A stretch of DNA of 20,000 bases from Microthyrium microscopicum (taxonomy: Eukaryota). Positions 1 through 9,476 of this stretch are shown here, one piece after another. Each line of letters starts with the position of its first letter. Positions within the stretch are counted from its first letter, which is position 1. The notes under the pieces were generated by a model, which saw only the letters and a list, made by a program, of their open reading frames with translations, had not been told where the DNA came from and did not search any database. Location of the stretch: NCBI GenBank assembly GCA_010405405.1, contig MU004242.1, positions 769,984 to 789,983 on the forward strand. The letters run 5' to 3'. The translations under genes and the position numbers were made by a program.

Positions 1-2130
1 GTGAAAAGGTTTTCGCCTGGCGCGATTTAAGCGGCGCAAAGGAAGACTTATGGGAATTTGTCTGTGACACTTCGACTAGACCTGAGACAGTCGAGACATT
101 CGAAATCGCCGCCATTCGCTGTCAATTCGAGCGCAAATACAAGCGCAACTCGGATACTGCCACAGAAACTGAACTTCAAGAATTCCATTTCGCAGAACAA
201 CCTATACCTTCCGCCAGTCCTATCCTCAAACCATCATCCGCCTCTCCTACAATATCTCCTTCACACACCTCCACACGACTACAGGCTGACGCCACTGAAG
301 CAGACGGAAGCATGTCCTCTAAATCACCAGCTGGAAGAGGGGTCGGCGCAAGCTCTTCTCAAGCTGCTCCCCAGCCCGTAGCTCATCCTGAGGGTCGCGA
401 GACCTATACTCGTGAAGCGGGTGAGCTGCATCTGTTTGACATCGATACTGGTACATTTGTCCTACAAGACAATGCGGTCGAAGCTGTAGTCATGGACTTG
501 GGCAGTTGGAACTACTGGCTCAAAATCACTGGACAAAGCCGAAATTGGCTCGGTCGCATGATTGAAGACGATATCAACCCCGTTTTCAACTTTGAATACC
601 TTTCTGCAATCTTCAACGTTTATGGCGCAGATCATTCAGCCTATTCATGGCTTCTTCGGTTCAAAGATCGAGAAGTTCTGGAAAAGTTCCAGCAAGGTCT
701 TATGCAAGCGCTATGGGAACACAACAATCAGGTAAAATGGGCCAAGCTCAAAGACAACGACCAGGATTACATCCTAGAAGCGTTCAACGACATGACAATG
801 GAAGATGTTGAAGAAGAGCCTGAGGAAGAAATTGAAGAGAGTGATGAGGCAGAAGAGGAGCGACCTCGTCACCGCTCCGAGGAGTATGATTCTGATGAAT
901 CGCAAGATGATACGGAACAGCAAAAGAAGGACGGAAACGTCAACTCACAGCTTGCAATTGGTCAACGCCATAATCGAGCCTTTGTTGTGCGTGGTTCGAA
1001 TATTGGTGTATTCAAGAACGACGACGATGGGCACAATCTCTCATTCGTCACCAATATTCAAAAGGTTGCCACTCCAAAGGGCAAACTATTCTCGCCAAAG
1101 AAGGTCATGTTGCATGCTGGTGACGCAAATCTGATCATGCAAAGCGAGGACAATCCCAACGGAGTTTATCGCATGGATTTGGAGACTGGAAAGGTTGTCG
1201 ATGAGTGGAAGGTGCACGATGATATTGCAATCAATACCTTTGCTCCAGAAACCGTAAGTCTTTCAATATGAAAACACGAAACCACTTTTACTAACAATTA
1301 TCCAGAAATTCGCCCAAATGACCGACCAGCAAACTTTCCTCGGTGCATCCAAGAACGCCATGTATCGCGTCGACCCCCGTCTAGGCGGCAACAAGCTCGT
1401 CGACACCGACCTAAAGCAATACGCCTCCAAAACCGGCTTCACCACTGTCGGCACCACCGAGCAAGGCTACATCGCCGTCGGTTCCGAAAAAGGCGACATC
1501 CGTCTCTATGACCGTCTCGGCATCAATGCCAAAACCAACCTCCCTGGCCTCGGTGATGCCATCATCGGCATCGACGTCTCCGCCGACGGCCGCTGGGTTC
1601 TCGCGACCGCCAAAACCTACCTCCTCCTCGTCGACACACAACAAAAAGACGGCAAATTCGAAGGCCGTCTTGGCTTCGAACGTTCCTTCCCAAAAGAAAG
1701 CAAGCCCGAGCCCCGCCGCCTCGCTCTGACTCCCGCACATGTAGCGCAATTCATGCACGAAACAAAAGCACCCATCAATTTCACGCCAGCGAAATTCAAC
1801 ACGGGCCCAAATCTTGAGGAAACTACCATTGTCACCGCCACCGGTCCCTTCGTCATTTCCTGGTCTCTCAAGAAGATCGTAAAGGGTCAGCGTAATCCTT
1901 ACAGCATCAAGCGCTATACCGACGAAGTCAAGGCGGATAACTTCCGCTTCAACAGCGATAAGGGCATTATTGTGGCTTTGCCGAATGAGGTCGATGTGGT
2001 TATGAAGAAGGCGCTTAAGGCACCCACGCGAGAGAGCATTGCGGCACCACGATTGAGTGCTGCTGGGAGACGGAGTGGTGCGCGGAGAAGCGGGTATTTG
2101 GGGAGAGATGATATTGTTAAGAACTACTAA
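1..2130 (+). CDS. VID27: Vacuolar import and degradation protein 27, 5'-partial; join(<3..1253,1306..2130)
   Basis: The frame of ORF 312..1271 stays open back to position 3 (EKVFAWRDLSG...WEFVCD...CQFERKYKR, typical of the VID27 N-terminal region), so the ATG at 312 is internal. It has a PH-like segment (ELHLFD...YWL...FNFEYLSAIFN...YSWLLRFKD), an acidic linker, and a C-terminal propeller (GYIAVGSEKGDIRLYDRLGINAKT.LPGLGDAIIGIDVSADGRWVLAT). Phase-0 intron 1254..1305 (GTAAGT...ACTAAC...CAG) joins PET|KFAQMT. Confidence 0.95.
1254..1305 (+). other. Spliceosomal intron of VID27 (52 nt)
   Basis: GTAAGT donor, TACTAAC branch site, CCAG acceptor; removal fuses ORFs 312..1271 and 1318..2130 in frame. 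Confidence 0.93.
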
Positions 2131-2726
2131 GAAAGATTGAATGGTTTGGTTGGGCTGAGTGAGATTCGTGTGCAGATTGACTTGGTGGACGCTTGTTGTT
2201 GTTGCGTCCGTAGTCTCGCTGGATAGAATGTGTTGCTGTTTTCTTGTTATATTTCTGCGTTGTTGAACGGCCCTATTTTGTGTTTTATGTTCATGATGGG
2301 AAGGGTGTTTGTTTTGAAAGTATCTTTGGCGTATTTGATTTGACGAGCGTCGATAGTCTCCGCTGCAGTTGTTAGGATCGGTTTTGGGTTTGCTTGGGCA
2401 CTGGTGGATTTGATGTCTATGCGTCTAAGAATCCAGTTCTTGATGTGTGGATTTGATGAAGGATGCGGGATATGAATCAGTAGAAGGAAAGTATGGTAGA
2501 TAGCTACATGAACTCTTCAGTATGTTAGGAAGTTAGGAACGACATTGCATCCCTTTTCTAAATCATTGATCGAATTTCATCTTAAGACGCGCAAGTCTAT
2601 TCTACAAGTCGACTCGAGGAGTATTTCCAACCTCAATATGCAATGACTTGCTTCCTTCACCAAACAATACCTGTGTCTTGGTTCCCACTTTAGCATGGCA
2701 ACCAGATCTCCACCTCAGATGCCCCA

Positions 2727-2954
2727 TTACATCCTGCTCATCGCTTCGGCAGCTGCTGACTTCGCCATCGCAGCTTCGTATTCAATTTCGCAATCTCGAC
2801 AAGGCTCGGTTTTGAGATGGATATGGTCATGAGGAACGCAGTAGATCTGGTGAACTACACAGAACACCGGCTTTCCCTGTTCCCGTTTCCTGCAGTTTCC
2901 CTTGTATTTCTTTGGGCAATGGTGTTTCGTTGTTCCTACTCTCCCGTGTGGCAT
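2727..2954 (-). CDS. Small Cys/His-rich hypothetical protein (75 aa), possible zinc-binding
   Basis: Good fungal start context (CACAATG). Pattern C-x7-C-x10-C-x2-H-x3-C-x2-H-x9-C-x2-C followed by an Ala/Glu-rich helical tail. No signal peptide. The 3' end could be extended by splicing. Confidence 0.55.
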   Translation of the reverse strand: MPHGRVGTTKHHCPKKYKGNCRKREQGKPVFCVVHQIYCVPHDHIHLKTEPCRDCEIEYEAAMAKSAAAEAMSRM

Positions 2955-3292
2955 TGTGATATGATGCCTGGATTGGCGCAGAAAGGTCTTGAGTGTAGAA
3001 AGTGCGTGATGATTGGTATGGATGGCTGTATGTTTGCGAATAATAAACTCAACATAGCTGGTATGTATGCTAGAAAGCTTATTAGTACATATTCTGAAAG
3101 ATGGTGTTGCTCATATTCACAGCAAGTAGCCAAATGACCTATATCTATTAGCTATTGACCAGCCAGTGTTGCAATTTTGTGGCTGCGCCTTCCCTGACTT
3201 ATAGCAAGCAGTCAAAGGGTCCATGATATAAGTGACAGATCGTAATAGAGTCTATACCGCTTGAGAAGTTCCAGTGTCAATGTGTGCATCTC

Positions 3293-3362
3293 CCATCGGA
3301 TGCGCTGGGAATTAAAGCATCTTTTCGTTGACAAGTGCGATGGTGGCCATCGCAGTCGATGG
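3293..3362 (-). repeat. Copy U1 of a ~70-bp palindrome-array element (CCATCG-N4-CGATGG units), reverse orientation
   Basis: CCATCG-GATG-CGCTGG at 3293 and CCATCG-CAGT-CGATGG at 3347 are 54 bp apart. The reverse complement of 3293..3319 matches 6214..6240 at 23/27 nt. Confidence 0.8.
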
Positions 3363-4277
3363 GAGCTGATCAGTTGTTGGGCTCACTGGAAGGGCAGTGT
3401 CATTGTTAATCACATTGGCTCAAGAGCCATATTATCAATTGAAATCTTGAAAGATACCCTGCTCAAATACAGAAATTTGCAAAGCTCTCGTGTGGAGGAA
3501 TCGCCAGGCACAAGCAGTATGTCGGCTGGGAGCTTTTCAGGACCAGGAGAAAATACTCGCTTTCACCACTATGCAATAAAGTCATAACAGGCCCACCGTG
3601 ATCTAGGATTTGTGACATCAGATGTTGTTACTTCTACTTGACGCTCAGTATCCGTAGCCATCACATCGTCGCGAATAATCACCCTTATCGAAAATGGCAT
3701 TCCTGTGCACCCCGATCCATTCTCAAACTGCAGCAAGCTGGAGTTACAGCCGAAGCGAATAGTGTGACGGCTACCTGAAAGGTTATGTACATTGTCAATA
3801 AGACAAAACTTGAAGTTTCTTCAGCCTTACATTTGTGTCATAAGGCTGAAGTGAAGCCTTACCTATTTTGATTTAGCTCAGCCTTGACTCGCTCTTTCCT
3901 TAAATTCTCCCACCATATACCTTCTTATCACCTAGGTATTTCTTTCGTAACGGTATGTAAAAGTCATCGCCCAGAAACTTAATGTTCTTCGCTACTGTCA
4001 ATAGCCACGGAAGACCAATTTTTGAGAATTGTTACCATTGACTAGCAATTCAGCGCGCAACAGGTCAAAAAGCAAACGGTCAGTGTCACCAACCGAAGGG
4101 ATCTGTCACCAGAAAGATAAAGTGGGGTAGGAAGACAAAGTTCTATCATTTATTGTACAAGCGCCGACTCACAGATATCAAAAACTTCATCCCTTCCTTA
4201 TTTCCAGCAATCATCTACTGCCGCCGTAGTGTAGATGCTTAAAGCCTCCTGCAACAAATCGATCCCGAAGCGACATC

Positions 4278-5570
4278 ATGGCCGAAAAGGAGCAAGCGAT
4301 GAGATCTCACGAGAATTCTATGGACTTGGCCTCCTTAAGTCTAAGGCCCAATATTGAGTCCCCCCCACCAAGTCCCACAGGTTCAGCTGTTTCGGAATCC
4401 TCAACGGTGGAGTGGAACCACGTACCTTTCACCGATTTCCAAGCGCAAGTTCTTGAGCTTGGCCTCGAAATTCTCAATGACTCAACTAGAAGTTCGATCG
4501 AGATTGAACGGCTAAGAGGTGGAGGTGAGAACCGAGTAATTGGACTAAAACTCACAAAGCCTGCAACATTCCAGCAACCTTCGGTGGTAGACAATTACGT
4601 TCTTCGAATCCCTCGCCGAATTTGCGATGCCGATTTCCCACATACCATGGCCCAATTGGATTTTGCTGCACGAGTGAGCAGTATTCCAGTTCCAAAGACA
4701 ATCAAGGTGGAATGTTCAAAAGAGAATCCTATTCAGAGTCCTTACCTTTTGCAAGAGCGTATCCCAGGTCAATCTCTGCTGGACGCTTGGCCAGATTTCA
4801 ATCTCTCACAAAAGCTGTCCGTGACTCGACAGATCGCAACCTTGTTCCAGTCGATTCGAGCCTTCCCAGTTTCACGTGGAGGCATTCCGGATCCAAAAAA
4901 AGAACTATTACCTTGGCCGCATCAACCTCCTATACTCCGATATCCTCAATGCAACTCTTCAGGCGAATCTCTGACTGGACCAGCATCTACGGCGTTATTC
5001 CAGAGTCCAACGGACATGTTGCAATCACGGTTGGATGTTTGGATGGAGAGAGATATCAAACATAGAAAGCCACTTTGGGAAATGCTCTCCCAAGGCTTCA
5101 AAAATCTCAACGCCACCACCGGTCTTTTCGAAAGCGAGTTTTATTGGTACCACGGAGACTTCCAGCCTCGGAATCTTCTCGTAGCAGTCATCAGCGAGGA
5201 GGAAGTCAAGATTACCGGTGTGCTAGACTGGGACAACAGCCATTTCGCCCCTGCGGTTGTAGCGTTTGAGCCGCCTTGTTGGCTGTGGATGCAAGATTAC
5301 TGGAAGGATGCTAGTGACCCAACACCTGATGGCACGGAATGGTACATGACCGAGGCGATGCTCTGTGAAAAAGCTGGTTTGATACCTACGAACGATGACG
5401 ACAAACAGATCAAAGAATGCTTTGAAGAATATTTGCAATCGCCTTATGTGCTGAAGTTTGCGTATGCCAACCATGCGGTTGATGCGAGAAGACTGTACAA
5501 AATGGTGCTTGATGGGCTCACGGATCAAGACGTTGGGGAGGTCGCAGTGAAAATCTGCGAACGTCACTGA
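4278..5570 (+). CDS. Aminoglycoside phosphotransferase / choline kinase-like (APH family) protein, 430 aa
   Basis: Long uninterrupted ORF with N-lobe GG.NRVIGL and YVLRIPR, PVP, PYLLQERIPG, a Brenner-type HGDFQPRNLLV motif and metal-binding ITGVLDWD. Confidence 0.88.
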   Translation: MAEKEQAMRSHENSMDLASLSLRPNIESPPPSPTGSAVSESSTVEWNHVPFTDFQAQVLELGLEILNDSTRSSIEIERLRGGGENRVIGLKLTKPATFQQPSVVDNYVLRIPRRICDADFPHTMAQLDFAARVSSIPVPKTIKVECSKENPIQSPYLLQERIPGQSLLDAWPDFNLSQKLSVTRQIATLFQSIRAFPVSRGGIPDPKKELLPWPHQPPILRYPQCNSSGESLTGPASTALFQSPTDMLQSRLDVWMERDIKHRKPLWEMLSQGFKNLNATTGLFESEFYWYHGDFQPRNLLVAVISEEEVKITGVLDWDNSHFAPAVVAFEPPCWLWMQDYWKDASDPTPDGTEWYMTEAMLCEKAGLIPTNDDDKQIKECFEEYLQSPYVLKFAYANHAVDARRLYKMVLDGLTDQDVGEVAVKICERH

Positions 5571-5765
5571 CTTTCTGTCTGTTTAAGTCTGTTTGGAGGC
5601 TCGTTTACCCTGCTAACGGAAGCGATTGTAGTCGAAAAGGTTGAATATATAATCCTGAGAGTTCAATAGTGTAGCAGAAATTATCAAATTGTGTCTAACT
5701 CAACTGGCTTGAGATCAACAGCTTCCAATAATACTCATACTCATATACCTTCAACCACGGTCATC

Positions 5766-7060
5766 ATGAACTCAAATCACATCAAAGACCACGAAATGCA
5801 AGCTACCGCGGCTGGTCCGCAAGATGTAGTGTTATTCACACTAGGTCAGGGGATATCAGCAACCTCAGCTCACTTCATGACATGGTAATTACCCTGAATC
5901 AGAGCAGTTCTGACGAAATCCAAAAACAACATATCTCCCATCGCACTCGATGGCTCCCATAAAACCTGTTCTTGTTCGAGTGCTGTGGGTCCCATCAGAT
6001 GCGATGGCACCCATAACACTTGAACATTATTTTGACCGGGCAAGGCTAAACAGTCCTTTCAACGTGTTGTCCAAAATAATGATCTTATACTAAAACATTT
6101 TAGGTAAGCCTTTTCTAGATTATACCATATTTCTTGACAACATTCAACAAAATCAAAAACAGCGTTGCTCCCATCGCATTCGATGGCTACCATATGATGC
6201 GCTTGTGATCGAGTGCTATAATTCCCACCGCACTCGATGGCTTCCATCAGAAAGCACTTTTATAATCTCTACTGACCAATTCCAGGGATGCCATATACAA
6301 TGACAGGGACGAATCTCGCCGGTACAAAATCCAGAGCTCGTGCAATGTAAGCCTAAAAGATGGAGCCATTGAATTCAAGGCTGGCACTGCGTTCACGAAA
6401 GAATCTCTGTATTCCAAACAAAAGAAACACGGGTTCTTGCAGACGGGCCCCCCCGGACGGCACGCATGGCTCATTTGCGTGGGTATAGAAGGAGGCCCCA
6501 TGAACGGACCGGAGCCACCGAGGATAGATCTTGAGCTGAGACTTGTGAGTGTCTAAGCAAAGAGCACTCTCTTCTTCATGTACTAACTCTTCTAGGAACC
6601 AGGCGATGACAAATGGCGCCGCGCAGGCAGCAATCTCATCACCTATAAGTCCATAACCAAGGCGTTCTGTCACGAAACAAAGCTACGAAAGCTCCTGGAG
6701 GTCACAAATTTTATGGATGGCGAATTATTTGTGATGCCAATCAAAGGTCCGATCGAGATTCCTGACAATGGCTTGCTTGAGTTCCAAGTACACAATCGAG
6801 GCTTCGTGTCCAGGGGTTTGAGAGGACAGCATGTCGGCCGTGGACCAGTGATAGTGCGATGTGTTGTCAATGACGACCTGCCAGGTACTTATGAGTTGTT
6901 GCATGAGCATCTCAAACTTGGGGGATGGCATTTCGAAAGTTGGGGTAGCGGAGAGACTTTTGGGGAGCCCATTGTCATTGATACAAGGAGCTCATATGGT
7001 CCTAAAGTCCCCAAATCTGTCAGATTTGTACCACAATCAGGGGCAAGTGGTAGTGGATGA
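5766..7060 (+). CDS. Multi-exon hypothetical protein. Model A: join(5766..5884,6286..6544,6596..7060), 280 aa. Model B: join(5882..5884,6045..6103,6286..6544,6596..7060), 261 aa
   Basis: Intron 6545..6595 (GTGAGT...TACTAAC...CTAG) joins an open exon 6286..6544 (DAIYNDRDESRRYKIQSSCNVSLKDGAIEFKAG...DLELRL) in frame to EPGDDKWRR...FMDGELFVMP (ORF 6713..7060). Acceptor ACTGAC...TCCAG at 6285; donors GTAATT at 5885 and GTAAGC at 6104. The 3' exons are well supported, the 5' structure is ambiguous, and no domain was recognised. Confidence 0.65.
5938..6007 (+). repeat. Copy U2 of the ~70-bp palindrome-array element (in predicted intron starting at 5885)
   Basis: CCATCG-CACT-CGATGG at 5938 and CCATCA-GATG-CGATGG at 5992 (+54). 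5935..5961 matches 6168..6194 at 25/27 nt. Confidence 0.85.
6171..6240 (+). repeat. Copy U3 of the ~70-bp palindrome-array element (in predicted intron 6104..6285)
   Basis: CCATCG-CATT-CGATGG at 6171 and CCACCG-CACT-CGATGG at 6225 (+54), with the same internal offsets as U2. Confidence 0.85.
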
Positions 7061-7277
7061 ATACCAGGGTACTAAAGAGCGTCTCGGAGTTTTTTCTTGA
7101 TGGAATTTGTCTGAATCTGTTTAAACTGTGTGATTTATCTTGATGCATAGGGCAGTAAGTACTTAACTTAACAAAAAAATATAAAATTGGTGTCAGAGTC
7201 GATTTTCGTCTGCGCAGAAGATATTGTGAAGTATAAGGCTGAGGCTCCGTCTATGCTTTACACTAACCCCTTTCGTC

Positions 7278-8960
7278 CTAGCCACCAGCCTCAATCCCCA
7301 ACTCCAACTTCTCAAATCTCATCAACAACGAACTCACCACCAATAATGCACCACCCGCCATAGCAGGCGCAAACATCTTGCGGATTGTCTCTGCAACCGC
7401 CACTGTCGCGATCTGTATGACTTTATCGTTGGCCGACGCGAACATCGGCGACAGCCGGCCTGCCAATGCAGACCGAATATACTCATCAGGGAAGTCATAT
7501 CCCGCAAATGCGCTCTTGAGCTCGCGAAATCCCTGATTTTGAAAGAGCGATCCTGCAATGGCGAGCGAGATGGACGTCGCGCCCAATTGGGACAGGTTGA
7601 TGAAGCCCAGCGCTTTTGACGAATCTTTCGGCGAGACTTTCGCAACGGCGATGGCGTAGGCGTTTTGCCAGACTAGCCCTGTGCCGGCTGCCACGAGAAT
7701 CTCGTAGCCGTAGATGTTTCCGCCAAGCGTGCTGGTGTTGATGGTATGTAGTAGTGATGTGCCAATCAGGATCAGTGAGCCGCCAGCTAGGTAGTAGAGG
7801 TTGTAGCGTCCAACGATGGGCAGCGTGGCGCCAGCCAACATCACGAAGAAGATAAAAATACAAATGAACGGTAACAGACGGATGGCGGCGCGTATGGCCG
7901 AGTCGCCTTTGGTGAATTGAAAGAATAGTGGGATGTAGTAGAGCGTGATACTTTGAGCCGCTGCACCGCTACTGGTAGCGGTGAAGAGTAAGACCAGAGT
8001 CCGGGATTTGAGGAAATGCACGGGAAAGTTGCGGTCATTGGTGAAGATAGAAAAGGCTTGCTGGACGATGAACGCGATGAAACAGGCGCCGAATACCACC
8101 CAGAGAGCGATAGATCCTCTTGAGTCCCAGGCGTACGTCGAGCCACTGAAGCAGAGAGCAACAATGAAGAGCACGAAAGCTGCGGCGTATAGTGTCGCCC
8201 CGAGCCAGTCGATACTTGCGAGCTTAGTCTTAATGCTGAGATCTGGTCGCGGATTCCTTCCTGGGAAGAAAAAGATGTACGATGGGAAAAACAGACCCGC
8301 GATAGGAAGATTGATGTAAAAGGCCTAAACATTCAAGTCAGTCCAAAACCAAAGCGAGTTGTCAAAACTAATACGTACCCAACGCCAAGTCGCACCACTC
8401 CCAGCAAACAGTCCACCCACCACTGGCCCAAGAATAGACCCAACACCCCAACTAAGCCCAATCAGGGCATTATATAATGGCGTCTCCGCCGGAGTCGTAA
8501 AAGCGGTAATATAGGTCAACGCCCCCAGATACATTCCCGCTCCACCAACTCCAGCAACAACTCGTCCTATAACCAACGTATTCGACGTTGGTGCAGCACC
8601 GCAAATGGCACTACCGACTTCAAACAGGGTCAAGCTGCATATAATCAACCATTTGACGTTAAAGAGCCCATATCCGCGCGAAAAAAGGAGGATAGTTGCG
8701 GCGGAGGCCATGGGGAAACCGATACCAATCCATTGTAGATTCTCGATGTCGCCTAGGTCTTCGTAGACTGGCCCTTGCACGTCGGCAGCGACGGTTGTAT
8801 CGAGGCCGTAGAGGATGGCGCCGAGATAGAGGATGATACAGATCAGGATCCATTTCCAGGTTGGGATGTTGGCGCGGGGGTGCGAAGGAATTGGAGTGTT
8901 ATCCAGTTCTGTGATGTTGTCATCGGCTTCGCTTGAGGGGGCGGAAGGAGGTTTTTCCAT
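7278..8960 (-). CDS. MFS drug/toxin efflux transporter, DHA2 (14-TMS) family; complement(join(7278..8324,8379..8960)), ~542 aa
   Basis: ATG at 8960 (GCAATG context). Motifs LYGLDTTVAAD, FEVGSAICGAAP, IGRVVAGVGGAG, GSILGPVVGG and, after phase-0 intron 8325..8378 (GTACGT...ACTGAC...TAG), WRW|AFYINLP. Many hydrophobic segments. Confidence 0.93.
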
Positions 8961-9257
8961 TGCGGAAGAAGGCAAAGGTAAGAAAAATGGGACGATGATC
9001 GATAGGTGATGAATGGTTTGTTCTCTACATTCTAGGTATGGGAAAACTGGATCTATTTAACAAGACTTGTTAACGACATATTGCTATTCTCTCAACTTCG
9101 AAACTTTAGGAGTCAAGGACAATTAGTGAGCAACCATGATTCGCGCCTTCAAAGTCAACTTGCCATTAATCCTTACTTATCCATCAATATTCTTTACTGC
9201 GAGCCGCGCCTCATTGGAGTCTTGATTCTCCTGGAGACCTTCAGGATTGCTGCAAGA

Positions 9258-9476
9258 GACTTAGTAAGTCGCTCCTTTGAGGCTGAGATTTGACAACCAC
9301 CAAACTATTTTATTGGCCAGCTGGCGTTCGAATCCGATAGCATACTCCGGAGGTCCTAGTAACGCGGATCATAGCCTAGTCATGCTTCTGAGGAGCGTTA
9401 GTAGCGCCGTTCTGCTAACGCGTGTCGGAGAGAGTTAGTAACGCTTCCCGGTAATTCGGCCCAAATGCATCAGTAA
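9258..9476. promoter_or_regulatory. Cluster of Yap/AP-1-like bZIP response elements in the divergent MFS/bZIP promoter
   Basis: TTAGTAA at 9261 (inside palindrome GACTTA-G-TAAGTC, 9258..9270) and at 9435. One-mismatch variants CTAGTAA 9356, TTAGTAG 9398, TCAGTAA 9470. TAGTAACGC occurs twice. Confidence 0.55.

Noticed and set aside
58..381. 107-aa ORF, and ATG 312 as the VID27 start
   Set aside because: The VID27 frame is open and conserved from position 3; 58..381 is an overlapping alternate frame and ATG 312 is internal.
805..1871. Alternate-frame and antisense ORFs inside VID27
   Set aside because: Shadows of a codon-biased real gene with no independent motifs.
2817..3587. ORFs 2817..3137, 2936..3133 and 3261..3587
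   Set aside because: No recognisable motifs; they overlap or oppose the better-supported Cys/His ORF, and 3261..3587 starts at TTG and runs through the repeat.
5935..6250. CRISPR-like repeat-spacer array
   Set aside because: Eukaryotic context, few degenerate 16-bp units, intervening sequences related between blocks, and no cas genes.
5885..6285. Intronic box C/D or H/ACA snoRNA, or tRNA
   Set aside because: No RTGATGA C box paired with a terminal CTGA, no convincing H/ACA layout and no cloverleaf seen; an Rfam scan would be the formal test.
6059..6931. Minus-strand ORFs over the orphan gene, including the repeated AIEC peptide in 6059..6247
   Set aside because: The peptide repeat is just the translation of the DNA palindrome; splice signals support the + strand gene.
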